A stretch of 63,351 nucleotides of DNA, the filler included, from an uncultured Chlamydiae bacterium (lineage in GTDB: Bacteria; Chlamydiota; Chlamydiia; Chlamydiales; SM23-39), in the NCBI GenBank assembly GCA_937899275.1. It is 8 parts of 8 records of this genome, joined end to end, with 100 filler letters (N's around TTAATTAATTAA, not from the genome) between each part and the next. Parts side by side here need not be neighbours in the genome. Positions count along the whole stretch, not along the records: positions 1 to 2,751 come from CALBPE010000029.1; positions 2,852 to 5,745 come from CALBPE010000030.1; positions 5,846 to 22,301 come from CALBPE010000031.1; 5 more parts are not named here. The stretch is one strand, 5' to 3'. Below, piece after piece: positions 1 through 9,857 of the stretch (position 1 is its first letter; each line of letters opens with the position of its first letter). The position numbers were made by a program, and so were the translations under genes. Below the pieces are notes generated by a model. It was not told the DNA's origin and made no database searches. It saw only the letters and a program-made list of their open reading frames with translations.

Positions 1-246
1 TACAGCTGGTTTTTTCACCGCTTTACTCTGTTTTTTTTGAGGGGAAATAGGCGCGTTTTTTCCACTTCGATCTACTGCGCTAGGTACACGAGCCATACGA
101 GTTTTTTGTAGATCCTTTACCTCCAATAGGACTAGCGGTTTTTTAACAGGGAGATTTTTCGGAGCAAAGATCAGGGCGCATAACACAAATACATGGCTAG
201 CTATTACATAGCTTCCGATTTTTTTTAGTACAGGAGGAAGGCTCAT
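1..246 (-). CDS. TolA/TonB-like membrane-anchored protein, 5' part (runs off window start)
   Basis: ATG at 246 overlaps the exbD TGA. Manual translation MSLPPVLKKIGSYVIASHVFVLCALIFAPKNLPVKKP... shows one N-terminal TM with an SH motif, then a K/P-rich stretch. It lies directly after exbB-exbD. Confidence 0.6.
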   Translation of the reverse strand, partial: MSLPPVLKKIGSYVIASHVFVLCALIFAPKNLPVKKPLVLLEVKDLQKTRMARVPSAVDRSGKNAPISPQKKQSKAVKKPAV

Positions 247-653
247 TCAGGAGGATCCAAAACAATGATAAGCTGTTCATACCCCTCTTTTTCTAACACA
301 TTTTTGATTCTTTGGTATACGCCAAAAGGCGCCGCTTCATCGTAGTACAAAGAAGCGATTTTTTCTTGCCGCGGTTTTAGCAAAGAAGAAAGATGTGGTA
401 GAGCGACCTCGATTCCATCGATCTGGACTATTCCCCTTTCGTCGACATAGATCTTAAGAGAGTGGTTTTCTTCGAAAGAAGAAGCGGTTTTTTCAGGGGA
501 AGAGGGGGCAAGTTTAATCGAGTCTGTTGCATAAAAAGGGCTGATTGAAATAAATACAATCAGCACGATAAATACGACATCAATCAGCGGGGTCAAATGG
601 ATCAGCTCTTCTGCTTGAGCTATTTTATTTGATAGAGGTAAACGTGTTTTCAA
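243..653 (-). CDS. exbD: ExbD/TolR biopolymer transport protein
   Basis: LTPLIDVVFIVLIVF TM motif with the conserved Asp; follows exbB. Confidence 0.9.
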   Translation of the reverse strand: MKTRLPLSNKIAQAEELIHLTPLIDVVFIVLIVFISISPFYATDSIKLAPSSPEKTASSFEENHSLKIYVDERGIVQIDGIEVALPHLSSLLKPRQEKIASLYYDEAAPFGVYQRIKNVLEKEGYEQLIIVLDPPE

Positions 654-1360
654 CGGTTTTTCCTATAACACAGCTCAATTGTAGCAAGAAGCATGCTTGC
701 GAAGTGCTCTAGGTCTTTTCGCCTTTCTTCTAAAGCGCTTTTTATATACTGGTAGCTGATTAACGCAGGTATCGCTACTAAAAGCCCGATCACAGTTGTT
801 GCAAGCGCCGTAGATAGTCCCGATAAAAGCGCTGCTTTGGGCATACTGGAGGTATGCAGTTGATGAAAGGTGAGTAAAATGCCCCATACGGTTCCTAATA
901 AACCTAAAAAAGGGCCTAGGCTTACCGCTGTAGGCAACAGGAAAAGGTATTTTTCTAGCGGTTTGATTGCCCGGTTTAAAGCGCTTACCGCCTGCGTACT
1001 CACAAGAGTCATATCGCTATCGGATAGATAGATTAAGCCTTTTCCTTCTTGTTCAGTGAAAAACCGGTTTTTTTCTAAAATCTCACAGGTTTTTTCTTTG
1101 ATCACTTGATACACAGCAAATGAAGGATTATCTATTGCAGCCTTCGCCGCTCCTTTAGGAATTTGCAGCTGGAGCGGTTTTTCTTTTTGTTGTTCGATTA
1201 AATGAGAAAATGCTGATGCGCTTTTTTTAAACTGGACCGATAGCCATATGGTATACAAAAGCGCTATCCAAGAAAGCACCGATAGAAGAAATAGTGCAAA
1301 GAAAATGCATCTACCTAGAAAATCTGCTTCTAAATACGCTTTTACCAATAAGAAATACAT
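650..1360 (-). CDS. exbB: MotA/TolQ/ExbB proton channel protein
   Basis: GPFLGLLGTVWGI and ALATTVIGLLVAIPA signature motifs. Confidence 0.92.
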   Translation of the reverse strand: MYFLLVKAYLEADFLGRCIFFALFLLSVLSWIALLYTIWLSVQFKKSASAFSHLIEQQKEKPLQLQIPKGAAKAAIDNPSFAVYQVIKEKTCEILEKNRFFTEQEGKGLIYLSDSDMTLVSTQAVSALNRAIKPLEKYLFLLPTAVSLGPFLGLLGTVWGILLTFHQLHTSSMPKAALLSGLSTALATTVIGLLVAIPALISYQYIKSALEERRKDLEHFASMLLATIELCYRKNR

Positions 1361-1466
1361 ACCAAAACCTTTGAAGCCATCTTACCCCTTACTCTTGCCA
1401 GAGGAATCTATCTTGGGATTTTAGGAAATTTCTGTTAATCTTACAGTAAAAATATCTGGTTGGTCT

Positions 1467-2243
1467 ATGTATTTTGATTCTCATGCGCATGTCAGCGGCT
1501 TTACCGATCCTGAGCCTCTTTTAAAAAGAGCTCAAGAGAAAAGCCCATTTCATATCATGAATATCTGCACCGATGAAAGCACCTTAGAAAAAGGCAGATC
1601 CCTTGCCAAGAGGTATCCTTATTTTCATAATGCAGCAGCTACTGTGCCAAATGATCTCAAAAACATTTCTCCTACCATGCTTTCATCGGTAGAAGAAGCT
1701 GCAAAAAAAGGGTGGATTTCAGCTATTGGAGAAACCGGTCTTGATTACTACTACGACTACGCTTCTAAAAACCTGCAAGAAAAGTATCTTCGCAGCTACT
1801 TAAAGCTTGCTTTTACCTACACTCTTCCTGTGATTTTTCACTGTAGAGAGGCGTTTCAAGATCTTTTTCAGATTGCAGATGAAGAAAGTGCGCATGCGCA
1901 CTTTCCCGCGGTCCTTCACTGTTTTACCGGTACAATGCAAGAGGCAGAAGGCGTATTAAAAAGAGGATGGCACCTCTCTTGTAGCGGCATCATTACCTAT
2001 AAAAAAAGCGATCTTTTACGAGAAGTTGTGAAAAACGTTCCATTAGACCGCCTTCTTGTAGAAACCGACAGCCCCTATCTTGCTCCCCAAAGTAAACGGG
2101 GCAAGACAAATGAGCCTCTATACGTACTAGAAGTGATCGAGAAAATCGCAGAAATCAAACAGATAGATCCCGAAATAGTGCAAGAGCAAACGTACCTAAA
2201 TGCACTAGATCTATTTTCTCTTCATAGCTCTTCAAATATCTAG
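1467..2243 (+). CDS. tatD: TatD family hydrolase/DNase
   Basis: DSHAH, GETGLDY, HCRE, HCF and ETDSPY motifs. Confidence 0.95.
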   Translation: MYFDSHAHVSGFTDPEPLLKRAQEKSPFHIMNICTDESTLEKGRSLAKRYPYFHNAAATVPNDLKNISPTMLSSVEEAAKKGWISAIGETGLDYYYDYASKNLQEKYLRSYLKLAFTYTLPVIFHCREAFQDLFQIADEESAHAHFPAVLHCFTGTMQEAEGVLKRGWHLSCSGIITYKKSDLLREVVKNVPLDRLLVETDSPYLAPQSKRGKTNEPLYVLEVIEKIAEIKQIDPEIVQEQTYLNALDLFSLHSSSNI

Positions 2244-2323
2244 TGTATAAGCGCTGGCACTGCTGGCTATTTATACGGCATTTCCAGTAGGATTTTGCGA
2301 AAAATTTTAATTAGGAAGACCCA

Positions 2324-2751
2324 ATGACAGTTGAAAAGGTGTATTGTTATTTAGAGATTCAAGAACCTGAAGATTTCTCGAAAGAGTACCATAACAGGCC
2401 TAAGCCAAAAATTCTTTATCATCAAGATTTTAATTCGAAAACAGAGCTAAGCCGCCATGTTAAAGAGCTCCGCGCCTGCGGACAGAGGCAGGCAGGTATT
2501 ACGGATGTTCTACTTTCTTTACTTTACCCTAAATATACTTCACCTTTTAAAGAATTTTGCCTATCACTGTTTACTCCCACGACCTGGGCGTTGTATAGTA
2601 CTCGAGAGATTACGAATGAGATGCTGCAAAGGGAAGGTTGCTGGGTTAACAAAACTACCCTTTATGTGTTGACTTTCCTGGCAGATCTTGTGACTTTGGG
2701 GATAAGACTTGCTACGGCAGTTCCAGTCTTGCTATACAAAGCGGTCAAAGG
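2324..2751 (+). CDS. hypothetical protein, 3' truncated at contig end
   Basis: Open frame up to the linker; hydrophobic segment LYVLTFLADLVTLGIRLATAVP. Confidence 0.6.
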
Positions 2752-2851
2752 NNNNNNNNNNNNNNNNNNNNNNNNNNNNNNNNNNNNNNNNNNNNTTAAT
2801 TAATTAANNNNNNNNNNNNNNNNNNNNNNNNNNNNNNNNNNNNNNNNNNNN
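2752..2851. other. artificial contig linker
   Basis: 44 N + TTAATTAATTAA + 44 N. Confidence 0.99.
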
Positions 2852-3047
2852 CAGATTGATTGCCTGTCTGGGACTTACAAAGCCTTGCCAAGCACTCAAA
2901 GAGCTTCTTTGCTACAACAACCACAATATCCACGACGGTAAGTAGCGTTCCCACCACAGGAATTGCCTCTAACGTATGTAAAAGCTTTATCTTCGCTGTA
3001 GTATTGTAGTCTCCTGTCACATCACGACTTGTAATACACTCAACCAT
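2852..3047 (-). CDS. paralogue family type A, copy 1 (3' truncated at contig end)
   Basis: LLHTLEAIPVVGTLLTVVDI matches LLHDLEATFIVGTLLTVVDI of 3777..4199; GGAAGG RBS upstream. Confidence 0.75.
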
Positions 3048-3235
3048 AGTTGACCTTCCTTTTTAATTGTCAAAACTGCAAAACAAACTACTTTAATTTA
3101 AATTACTTTATTTAAATGTAATATAAATAAAACAGGCCTCTAGGTTAAAAAGAACAACTAGAAAACCTGTATAAAAAAAAGATCTATTGATTCCAAAGCA
3201 GATATAGCAAAAATGCGCTTTCTATCGACCTGCAT

Positions 3236-3775
3236 TTAGATGTCTTCTTCCTCTTCAACTGCAGAACGCATTTTCAATCCAACATCACTCGCGATTTTAT
3301 GAAAAGCGTTAAGCAGATCAACTGCAGATTGCTCCGTTGGTACACCGTTATTTTCGCTGAGTTGTTTTTCTAATTTCTGCCTGTAGCAATTATTCTTTAT
3401 GAAAATTTCACCTTCTGAGTCGCCATTATGAGAACCCGCTTCCTTCAAAAGATATTCACAACCAAGCGCATCGTCACATCCAGTTTCTATATACTTCGGA
3501 TTGAAAAAGTTCAAAACCCGGACCAATAAAGAGCCCACAATGGGGATGAGTAAAAGAGCAAAGCGAAGGACGCCTTTTTGCTGCACATAGCTTCTTCTTA
3601 CATTTTGTGTTACACCTCCCTTTGCAGAAGAAAAACAAGAATACAACAGAAACAATCCGTCGACTAGATTGCTCATTTCCGCAATAAGAGGAATCGTTTC
3701 TCTTTTTTGGTATGCACGGAAATTTGTCGCAAATTCCCTAACGGTATTTTTATTTATAGGTATGTGAGAAGACAT
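3236..3775 (-). CDS. paralogue family type B hypothetical protein
   Basis: 179-aa ORF starting 1 nt after the type A stop; IPLIAEMSNLVD...QKGVLRFALLLIPIVG; has a decayed duplicate at 4504..5035. Confidence 0.8.
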   Translation of the reverse strand: MSSHIPINKNTVREFATNFRAYQKRETIPLIAEMSNLVDGLFLLYSCFSSAKGGVTQNVRRSYVQQKGVLRFALLLIPIVGSLLVRVLNFFNPKYIETGCDDALGCEYLLKEAGSHNGDSEGEIFIKNNCYRQKLEKQLSENNGVPTEQSAVDLLNAFHKIASDVGLKMRSAVEEEEDI

Positions 3776-3776
3776 T

Positions 3777-4199
3777 TTACCCCTTTGTTGCCATATTTGT
3801 GAGCACCGCCTGCGCTCTTGCAGAACATGTACCCTTTTGCTTTTGACCTTGCGCGTCCGTATACGTGTATGAGAATGTATCGCTGTTATAAGTAGAATGC
3901 ATCTTGTTTAAAACCAGAATCGCACCAGGGATCAAACCTAAGAGGTAGCGAGAGTAAGACTTTTCGGTTAAATAGCTGCCATATACACTAGACTCGATAT
4001 GGTTCAAAGCGTCGCGGCCCCATCCTCCCGTTAGATGTACAAATCCCGTAAAGATATTTTTGGCTAGAACAGCTATAATATCTACCACTGTAAGAAGAGT
4101 TCCTACTATAAAAGTCGCCTCCAAATCATGTAGCAATTGGATAGAGGCTATTTCCTTCCCCTCACCCTCTTGAATAATATTTAATATAGCACCACTCAT
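3777..4199 (-). CDS. paralogue family type A, copy 2 (intact)
   Basis: 140-aa ORF; SSVYGSYLTEKSYSRYLLGLIP is nearly identical in the copy at 5051..5427. Confidence 0.8.
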   Translation of the reverse strand: MSGAILNIIQEGEGKEIASIQLLHDLEATFIVGTLLTVVDIIAVLAKNIFTGFVHLTGGWGRDALNHIESSVYGSYLTEKSYSRYLLGLIPGAILVLNKMHSTYNSDTFSYTYTDAQGQKQKGTCSARAQAVLTNMATKG

Positions 4200-4503
4200 T
4201 ATTTTTCTACCTATTTTTTTCTTTATTTAATAATATTATAAACTATTTTATATTAAATTTAAATAAAAATTTATATTAATTATAATATAAACGCCTCATT
4301 TCAAGATTAATGTGTTTTTTACTTTTTAAAAAAAATGAACAAAAGAAGAGTTGATTGGAGCACAAGTACTAGAAGATCTTGCACTTATATCTTCGGAAAG
4401 GCTTGCGTAAATTGACCTTTGGACAAAGGTCACGAGAAGCGCAAGGTCTGGCGCTAGATAAATTGCGGGGCGCTTTATACCGAGCTAAATTTCTATTTTT
4501 TCT

Positions 4504-5035
4504 CTATGTCTTAGAGTCAGGCAGGGTGGTTCCATTTAAATGGGAGGGCGCTCCACGCAGCCCTTCATTTAATATATCGGATAGCTGTTCATTAGCTATG
4601 CGCTTAAGCGCTATATTCTTTATCTTATTGAGCGTTTCCTCATGTACCTTCTCCAGAGCTTTATGAACTAAACGCGTGGGTGTATCAGCGCTTTCCAGCT
4701 TAAGATTTTCCAGTTTTGGAAGATTCCTATCTACTTCCCGACTTAAGACGTTATATATTCCCGGTTTTAGCGGCTCATAGTCTAAGCCTGTACGATTTTT
4801 TAGATCGGTTAAAGACAAAAGCGCAGAACTCCTTTTTGCCGTGCGCACCTTCCTCTCACATTGCCCGATACATTTTCTCCTGAGGGGGAAAAATAAGACC
4901 ACAACAATAAAGCTCCATCGACTAGATTGCCATTTCTGCAACGATGGGAAATGTTTCTCTTTTTTGGTATGCACGGAAATTTATTGCAAATGGCTCAACC
5001 GTATTGTTATCTACTGCTGGCAAATGAGAGGGCAT
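4504..5035 (-). pseudogene. frameshifted copy of the type B gene
   Basis: ATG at 5035 gives MPSHLPAVDNNTVEPFAINFRAYQKRETFPIVAEM. NLVDG and QKGVLRF then reappear in shifted frames. 4953-4982 is a 30-nt exact match to 3696-3725. Confidence 0.8.
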
Positions 5036-5050
5036 TTTTCCTCCAAAATT

Positions 5051-5427
5051 TTATTCTTGTGTAGACATGTTTTCTAATGTTGATACCGCTCTTTTAGAAT
5101 ATTGATGATATTCTTCTTCAATACGAATACCCTGCTCTGCTCTGCGGCATTCAAAACGAAAGGTGCATTCGTTGGTGTTATAATCAGTATATGCAATGTT
5201 TAGCATTGGAATTGCTAAAGGGATCACACCCAAAAGATACCGGGCGTAGCTCTTTTCCTCTAAATAGCTTCCATATACACTGGATTTGATCTTCTTCAAA
5301 GTGTCACGGCCACAACCAGTTACCTTCACAAATCCCGCAAAGATATTTTTCGCTAGAGCAGCTACGATATCTACCACTGTAAGAAGAGCCCCTACTATAA
5401 GAGTCTTTTCAAGATCCTGTAGCAGTT
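5051..5427 (-). pseudogene. paralogue family type A, copy 3, 5' end lost at IS junction
   Basis: Frame reads LLQDLEKTLIVGALLTVVDIVAALAKNIF... Homology ends at about 5427, where transposase sequence begins; the native start is missing. Confidence 0.75.
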
Positions 5428-5745
5428 ATGGATGCAAGAATAAAATGCTGCAAACCCGTATGGGAAAATTACAATTACACGTTCCTAAGACAAGAAATAT
5501 TCCTTTTTATCCCAAATGTTTAGACAAGGGCACTAGATCAGAACGGGCATTAAGGCTTGCCATTGCAGAAATGTATGTTAATGGCGTCTCTACAAGGCGC
5601 GTTAAGCGGATTACAGAAGAGTTCTGTGGGCTAGAAATCAGCTCAACACAGGTATCTAGAGTTAGTAAGTTACTAGATGAAGAAGTTTAGGAGCCGTCCT
5701 CTTGGGAACATGCGGTATGTTTATTTAGATGCTCGTTATGAAAAA
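5428..5745 (+). mobile_element. IS256 family transposase internal fragment (frameshifted)
   Basis: LQTRMGKLQLHVPKTR...RSERALRLAIAEMYVNGVSTRRVKRITEEFCG...SSTQVSR, then after a frameshift FRSRPLGNMRYVYLDARYEK. No N-terminus or left IR. Confidence 0.9.
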
Positions 5746-5845
5746 NNNNNNNNNNNNNNNNNNNNNNNNNNNNNNNNNNNNNNNNNNNNTTAATTAATTA
5801 ANNNNNNNNNNNNNNNNNNNNNNNNNNNNNNNNNNNNNNNNNNNN
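5746..5845. other. artificial contig linker
   Basis: N run with TTAATTAATTAA. Confidence 0.99.
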
Positions 5846-6020
5846 AGGTAGTTTTTCTTCATGAAGAGATAATGGGTGCGCTCTACTTTTTGCATTGTTT
5901 CTACTAGCAGCGCGTTTTTCTGCATGGAAAAGATGCGCTAGCTCCACATCTACACAAGAAATATATGGATCCATATGATTGACCTCTTCTTGGATAGAAG
6001 CGATTTTTTCAGAAGATGCT

Positions 6021-7583
6021 TCAAAACACAGAACATACCTTGTTAAAAGAAAACAAAGCGCAAAAAAAGAGCGGGTTTTTTTTATGGTATAGCGCTTTAA
6101 TTCTTGTTGGATTTTTCCCTCTAACTATTTGGGTATAAAAACGGGGTAGCGCATCCATTTGCTGCTTTTCTATTTTTTTCACTGCTGAAAAATAGACCTT
6201 CCAAAAAGATTTTTTACGAAAAGAGTGGTACAAGATATATCCTGCCATATATAAAGCAGCTCCTTTTGCTGGAGAGGAAAGTAGATCGTTTAATGCAGCA
6301 AGTTCGATCGGGATGTTTTTTGAGATCTTTGCATACAGAGCCTCATCTATTTTTTTCTGTTGCAGATGGAGCTGATCTAAATCGGAAAAATGCGCTTTTT
6401 TTGGCTGATTAGGTGGGCTTAAAAGATCTTGTAGAGCTATTTGTACTTTTTCTAGGAAAAATGGGTAGATACTTTTTTCGATCAAAGATCGGTTGAAAAA
6501 AAGCTCTGTTTTATCGATAGAAGAAGGGGTTTTAGGGCCATACTCTGCAAGGCAGTGGGCAAATATCTTGTAAACGCTTTGCACATCAAAAGAATACTCT
6601 TTCATTCTAAGTGCAGCATAGAGTTCTAAATGAAAGGAGCGCTGTAAAAAAGATAGCTTATCCAGTACAGTTGGATTTTTTTCTACGATTTTTTCTGGGT
6701 TTTCATATTTTTTTTCTATGATTTTCTCTACAAAAAATACAAAGGGATCAATTGAAAAATCTCTTGTTGCAAAAATGGTGTGTATATCAAATGTCCACGG
6801 TTTTTTGCCGTACCAAAAAGGGAGCAAAAAAAGCAGCGTATTTTGTATTTTTTCTTGCTCCGTTTCCTTGGAAAAAAATAGTTTTTTTACGAAGCCTTGT
6901 AGGATACGAAAAGGAAATTTATTAGGATAACAGCTATTGTAGATGGGTTTGATGAAGGGGCCAAGCCACCTTAGAAAGCGGACGTTTTGTGGATAGGTGA
7001 TCTGCCGGTAATGGCGATCTTTTCTAAGAGCTTGCACAAGTCTACTGGTCTTTTCGAGATGCTTTTTTACTTCTCGAATCAACGCCTTACTTGCGTTTTG
7101 ATATACCCTTTTTGCTTCGGGAGGTATATGGGGAAAATCTTGTACAAATCGGCATTTTTTTCTCTCTTTTTCGTGTAACTCATCTAAAAATGTCTCTTGT
7201 TCTTCTTTGGTGCATAGAGGTAAAAAATGCAGCTGAAATATCTTGCGGTTACCATCAGATTCTTCCGTGTTTTTTATGAAATCAGGAAATACACGCTTAA
7301 ATACCCCTTGGATATAGCGGATTTTATCTTCTTCAGCTCGTTTTTTTGAGAGCCCTCTTTTTACGGTTTTTCGAAGGTTTTCAGGTAGCAGTTGTAGCCA
7401 GGTGGCATTTCCAATCCGATACTGCTTTTCCATATGAGCAAATACACAGCTTGGTAGGTGGTTCATCATTACAGCTACAGCATGAGCGCCTGCTGTAGAC
7501 TGTTGGTATACATCTTTAGTGCGGGTTTTTTGATCAATGAATTCCTTTGGGAAAAAAGAATAAAAAGATGGTTTTATCGACAT
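6021..7583 (-). CDS. hypothetical protein (520 aa, K/F-rich)
   Basis: Long ORF with no recognisable motif; may extend further past a T7 homopolymer (see findings). Confidence 0.75.
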   Translation of the reverse strand: MSIKPSFYSFFPKEFIDQKTRTKDVYQQSTAGAHAVAVMMNHLPSCVFAHMEKQYRIGNATWLQLLPENLRKTVKRGLSKKRAEEDKIRYIQGVFKRVFPDFIKNTEESDGNRKIFQLHFLPLCTKEEQETFLDELHEKERKKCRFVQDFPHIPPEAKRVYQNASKALIREVKKHLEKTSRLVQALRKDRHYRQITYPQNVRFLRWLGPFIKPIYNSCYPNKFPFRILQGFVKKLFFSKETEQEKIQNTLLFLLPFWYGKKPWTFDIHTIFATRDFSIDPFVFFVEKIIEKKYENPEKIVEKNPTVLDKLSFLQRSFHLELYAALRMKEYSFDVQSVYKIFAHCLAEYGPKTPSSIDKTELFFNRSLIEKSIYPFFLEKVQIALQDLLSPPNQPKKAHFSDLDQLHLQQKKIDEALYAKISKNIPIELAALNDLLSSPAKGAALYMAGYILYHSFRKKSFWKVYFSAVKKIEKQQMDALPRFYTQIVRGKNPTRIKALYHKKNPLFFCALFSFNKVCSVF

Positions 7584-7658
7584 GGTTGCAGCATTTTTTA
7601 CCCGTTCCTGTTTACCGGATTATTGGAAAAACAGGTAGGATAAACTATATTCAACGGT

Positions 7659-9857
7659 TCATAGTATCGATAAAGGATCAACATCGATGAGCATTTTACA
7701 GGTAAAAGGCAGGCGAAGAGCGCTTCTATAGGCTCTTAAAGAAGAGCTAAGCCTTGGCATTTCTACTGTGCGTATAAGGCACTGCTTGCGGTAACGGCCT
7801 TTGATTTTTTCTTGGGAGGGCACCGTTAAAGGATACAGCGTATCTTTTACACAAAGTTTTTGTAATTCTTTGTAGATAGATAGACTCCATTTTTCTAACT
7901 CTTGTTGCTTGATCGAAGAAAACACAATTTTTACAAGGCGAGAAAAAGGGGGGTAATGAAACTGCTGTCTCGCAGCGATTTCTTCGGTATATAGCGCAAG
8001 GTAATGCTGCTTTTTTGCTTTTTGCATGGTAGGATCATCGGGAAGGTGGGTCTGTAAGATCACCTTTCCCTCTAAATCTTCTCTTCCCGCTCTTCCCGCT
8101 ACCTGGGTGATGAGCTGAAATACTTGTTCTGGCGCCCGAAAATCGGGAAGAAAGAGCGCTTTTTCTGGATGCATCACACCAACTAATGTAACCGATGGAA
8201 AATGAAATCCCTTAGCGATCATCTGCGTGCCGATGAGAACGTCTGCTTTTCCCGAGCGAAATGAGCGAAAAATCTTTTCGTGATCTCCCTTTTTTTGTGT
8301 GGTATCGCGGTCCATTCGAAGGGTTCTAACTTCGGGTAAAAGCGCTTTTAATGCGCTTTCTACATGCTCTGTACCAAATCCTTTGTAAGAAAGCGTATGC
8401 ACAGATTTACAATAAGGGCATGTTTTTGGAGGGAATATAGAATACCCGCATAGATGGCAGCGAAGACGGTTTTCCCCTTTATGAAATGTTAAAGAGACAT
8501 CGCAAAACTTGCATTTACATGCTTTACCGCAGGCGCTACAAACTCTAGATGTGCGGTAGCCCCTTCTATTGAATAAAATCAGGGTCTGTTCTCCTTTTTG
8601 CATCCGCTCTTTGATCCCTGAGAGTAAGGAGGAGGAAAAATGGGTGAACCCTCCTGATTTTTCATATTCTTGTTGCATAGATACAATCGATATAGGAGCA
8701 AGTGTGGCAGCTTTTGCCCGTTTTTGCATGGTCAGTAGGCTGTATTTACCCGTCTTTGCTTTATAGTAGCTTTCAATAGAGGGGGTAGCTGAGCCTAACA
8801 AAATCGGCGCTTTTTCGAAAAATCCCCGCTGGATGGCAATATCTCTTGCATGATACGTTGGCATTTCTTCGGTTTGTTTATAAGAAGAGTCATGCTCTTC
8901 ATCTACAATAATCAAACCAAGGTTTTGGGCAGGGGCAAATGCTGCTGACCTTGCTCCTAAAGCGATCCGGATTTTTCCTTGTTTCAACCCCTTCCAGTCG
9001 GCAGCTTTTTGCTTGGGGGATCTTTGGTGGTGGAAGATCGCAATCGGTTCATGAAAGCGGGATTTAAATGTTTCGATAAGCTGCGAGGTGAGAGCAACTT
9101 CTGGCACTAGAAGAATCACGCTGCGGTTTTTTTTCAGCACTTTTTCTGTCAGCTGGAGATACACCTCTGTTTTTCCGCTACCAGTGATGCCATGCAGTAA
9201 AAACACCTGAAATATCTCTTTTTCTATGGCAGAAAAAACGGCATCGAAAGCTATTTTTTGCTCTTCATTGAGCGTTTTGGGCTGCGATAAAAAGTAGTCG
9301 TGAGATTCTAAAAGAGCCTCTTCTACTGGTCTTTCTTTTTGCGTAATCCATCCTTGTTTGATTAAGGTTTGTATTTGCGCGCTATAGGTTTTGAGATCTT
9401 TTGTAACGAGGATCTTTTTCTTCAGAAACCTTTCTAAAAGCTCTGCCCTTTTCGCAAAACGGTAGCGGATCTTTTGGACTTCTTCTAAGGTGTCTTTTCT
9501 GTTTTTTAGAAGGTGGAGGGTTTTTTCTGTTTTTGGATGATCTACTTTTTCCACAAAAGAGGGCATAACAGAAAAAAACACCTTACTCAACGAAGAAGCG
9601 TAATAAGACGCCATCCATTTAGCAAGGGTAAATACCTCTTTACACATAGCGGTATCTTTAAAAATCTCGAGTATTTCAAGAAGTGTTTTACAAGACGAGG
9701 TCTCTTTGAGGGCAAATACGTATCCTGTCACTTTTTTACCCCGAAAACAGACGGTTACTCGATCACCTGGTGCGATGCTATCTTGCCATTTTTTAGGAAC
9801 CGCATAATCAAATGGGAAAAAAATAGGGGCTTTCACCACCACTTCTGCAATATTCAT
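7659..9857 (-). CDS. priA: primosomal protein N'
   Basis: GITGSGKTEVY Walker A, DEEH, SATPS, Cys-rich zinc region, GTQMIAKG, QVAGRAGR. Confidence 0.97.
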   Translation of the reverse strand: MNIAEVVVKAPIFFPFDYAVPKKWQDSIAPGDRVTVCFRGKKVTGYVFALKETSSCKTLLEILEIFKDTAMCKEVFTLAKWMASYYASSLSKVFFSVMPSFVEKVDHPKTEKTLHLLKNRKDTLEEVQKIRYRFAKRAELLERFLKKKILVTKDLKTYSAQIQTLIKQGWITQKERPVEEALLESHDYFLSQPKTLNEEQKIAFDAVFSAIEKEIFQVFLLHGITGSGKTEVYLQLTEKVLKKNRSVILLVPEVALTSQLIETFKSRFHEPIAIFHHQRSPKQKAADWKGLKQGKIRIALGARSAAFAPAQNLGLIIVDEEHDSSYKQTEEMPTYHARDIAIQRGFFEKAPILLGSATPSIESYYKAKTGKYSLLTMQKRAKAATLAPISIVSMQQEYEKSGGFTHFSSSLLSGIKERMQKGEQTLILFNRRGYRTSRVCSACGKACKCKFCDVSLTFHKGENRLRCHLCGYSIFPPKTCPYCKSVHTLSYKGFGTEHVESALKALLPEVRTLRMDRDTTQKKGDHEKIFRSFRSGKADVLIGTQMIAKGFHFPSVTLVGVMHPEKALFLPDFRAPEQVFQLITQVAGRAGREDLEGKVILQTHLPDDPTMQKAKKQHYLALYTEEIAARQQFHYPPFSRLVKIVFSSIKQQELEKWSLSIYKELQKLCVKDTLYPLTVPSQEKIKGRYRKQCLIRTVEMPRLSSSLRAYRSALRLPFTCKMLIDVDPLSIL

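Noticed and set aside
4504..4974. 156-aa ORF as an intact gene
   Set aside because: Its N-terminal part is an off-frame reading of the frameshifted type B pseudogene.
5286..5690. 134-aa ORF as a real gene
   Set aside because: Its first third is the antisense of family A copy 3; only the part after about 5428 is transposase.
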